Positions 63,108-64,000 of a stretch of 64,000 bases of DNA are shown piece after piece. The notes below the pieces were generated by a model. That model ran no database searches. It was not told where the DNA came from and saw only the letters and a list, made by a program, of their open reading frames with translations. A program made the translations under genes and the position numbers. The DNA comes from Dehalococcoidia bacterium (GTDB lineage: Bacteria; Chloroflexota; Dehalococcoidia; Lucifugimonadales; VXLM01), in assembly GCA_034421575.1 (NCBI GenBank), contig DAOUKG010000023.1, positions 40,845 through 104,844 of the forward strand, written 5' to 3'. The first letter of the stretch is position 1; each line of letters starts with the position of its first letter.

Positions 63108-64000
63108 ATGCTGCGAGACGCGCTCTATTCCAGCGATGGGCAAGACTTGAAAGTCTCTGTAGAGAGAACCGAGGTCTTGCTCAAGTCGGACGAGATTTTG
63201 AACTTTCCGCGCATTATCGAGCTCGAAGGAGACCGCCTCGTGCTCGCTTACGGCAAGGGCAGACACTCGGGTGTCGAGACGCGCCCGGTGGCGGTCTCCG
63301 AGGACTTTGGCCGGACATGGGCGGATTCACCTCCCGGCTTCCCAATGGCCGATAACGTCCAGACGTCGGGAATCTTGGGCTATATGCGTGACGGCACGAT
63401 AGCGTACATCGACGTGTTTCCCGTGAACGCGGGTTGGTCGCAGGGCAAAGGCCTGTACCACCAGGTAGCGAAAGTGGAGGATCCGCTATTCAGACTCCGC
63501 CGGTTTTCCGGGCAGGGCGAGTTGTTGGCGGACGATACCTTCAAGGTTCATGGCATTCCCTGGAGACTGGCTTCCTACGAGCTGTACGGGACTCTGCTGA
63601 CATTGGAGAACGGCGATCTGCTAACCGCGTTCGGGGGTCAGGTGGGCGCGGCCTCCGGATCGCACAAGAGCTTCATCGTGCGGTCCAAAGATGGTGGAGA
63701 GAGCTTCGAATTCGTAACGGCTTTCGGCTACGAGGCGGAAGACGGAGACGGTGGCGATCAGGTGTTCGCCGAGGCCGACCTGGAGGTCCTGGCCAACGGC
63801 GATATCCTCTGTATGATGAGAACGGGCTCCCATACTCCTATGCGCCAGTCCAGATCGACGGACGGGGGCCTGACGTGGAGCGAGCCCGTATCCATCGGGT
63901 GGCCGGCAGTAAAACCCCACCTTCGGCTTCTGAGCAACGGTGTCCTGGCCTGCAGCTCAGGACGGGGTGTCTATGGACATCCACAGGTCACCCACGTCAT
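63108..64000 (+). CDS. BNR/Asp-box repeat protein (sialidase-like beta-propeller), 3' end outside window
   Basis: Not in the ORF track because no stop is reached. The ATG at 63108 follows GGAGGTGA, and my manual translation is open to base 64000. Asp-boxes: SEDFGRTW, SKDGGESF and STDGGLTWSEP. Confidence 0.8.
   Translation, partial: MLRDALYSSDGQDLKVSVERTEVLLKSDEILNFPRIIELEGDRLVLAYGKGRHSGVETRPVAVSEDFGRTWADSPPGFPMADNVQTSGILGYMRDGTIAYIDVFPVNAGWSQGKGLYHQVAKVEDPLFRLRRFSGQGELLADDTFKVHGIPWRLASYELYGTLLTLENGDLLTAFGGQVGAASGSHKSFIVRSKDGGESFEFVTAFGYEAEDGDGGDQVFAEADLEVLANGDILCMMRTGSHTPMRQSRSTDGGLTWSEPVSIGWPAVKPHLRLLSNGVLACSSGRGVYGHPQVTHV

Overview
High-GC (about 60-70% in coding lines) bacterial chromosomal window. 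There are about 55 protein genes and no rRNA, tRNA or CRISPR array that I can see. From gene content and lipoprotein style it probably comes from a Chloroflexota-like marine or sponge-associated lineage, but that is inference only.

The core content is housekeeping: rpsF-ssb-rpsR, fbp plus class I aldolase, rdgB, moaA, pyrF, sodC and a proVWX-type betaine ABC transporter. This is interleaved with a strongly paralogous oxidative and carbohydrate-type gene set: 3 phytanoyl-CoA-dioxygenase-family genes, 4 Gfo/Idh/MocA oxidoreductases, an SDR, a phosphotriesterase-like gene, an enolase-superfamily gene, beta-propeller and BNR proteins, and two divergent ~800-aa family-5 solute-binding proteins.

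Accessory content is dense. It includes HicAB, an HTH-PIN pair, an orphan HigA-like antidote, an orphan VapB (Rv0623-like), a class II Fic protein and a PaREP1/HEPN-like gene.

The most interesting locus is a compositionally foreign low-GC island at 40.55-42.4 kb. It carries a tightly coupled three-gene cassette: an unknown 230-aa protein plus two different DUF488 proteins. It sits where the PIN toxin of the neighbouring orphan VapB would be expected. I rank it as the best candidate for an undescribed, possibly conflict- or nucleic-acid-related, system.

Almost every longer intergenic region is built from a modular set of hairpin (REP-like) repeats. These form tandem arrays, a ~190-bp inverted-repeat pair bracketing sodC-phyH, ~270-bp palindromes, and a three-copy TA-flanked MITE, one copy of which supplies the stop codon of a peptidase gene.

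Other points: a homopolymer frameshift splits an alpha/beta hydrolase; a 1204-aa lipoprotein combines a zincin motif, a perfect 120-bp tandem duplication and seven RCC1-like blades; and the same promoter-plus-triple-TGTCCC module precedes both a phyH gene and fic.

All family assignments come from reading the translations and recalling family signatures. No searches were run.
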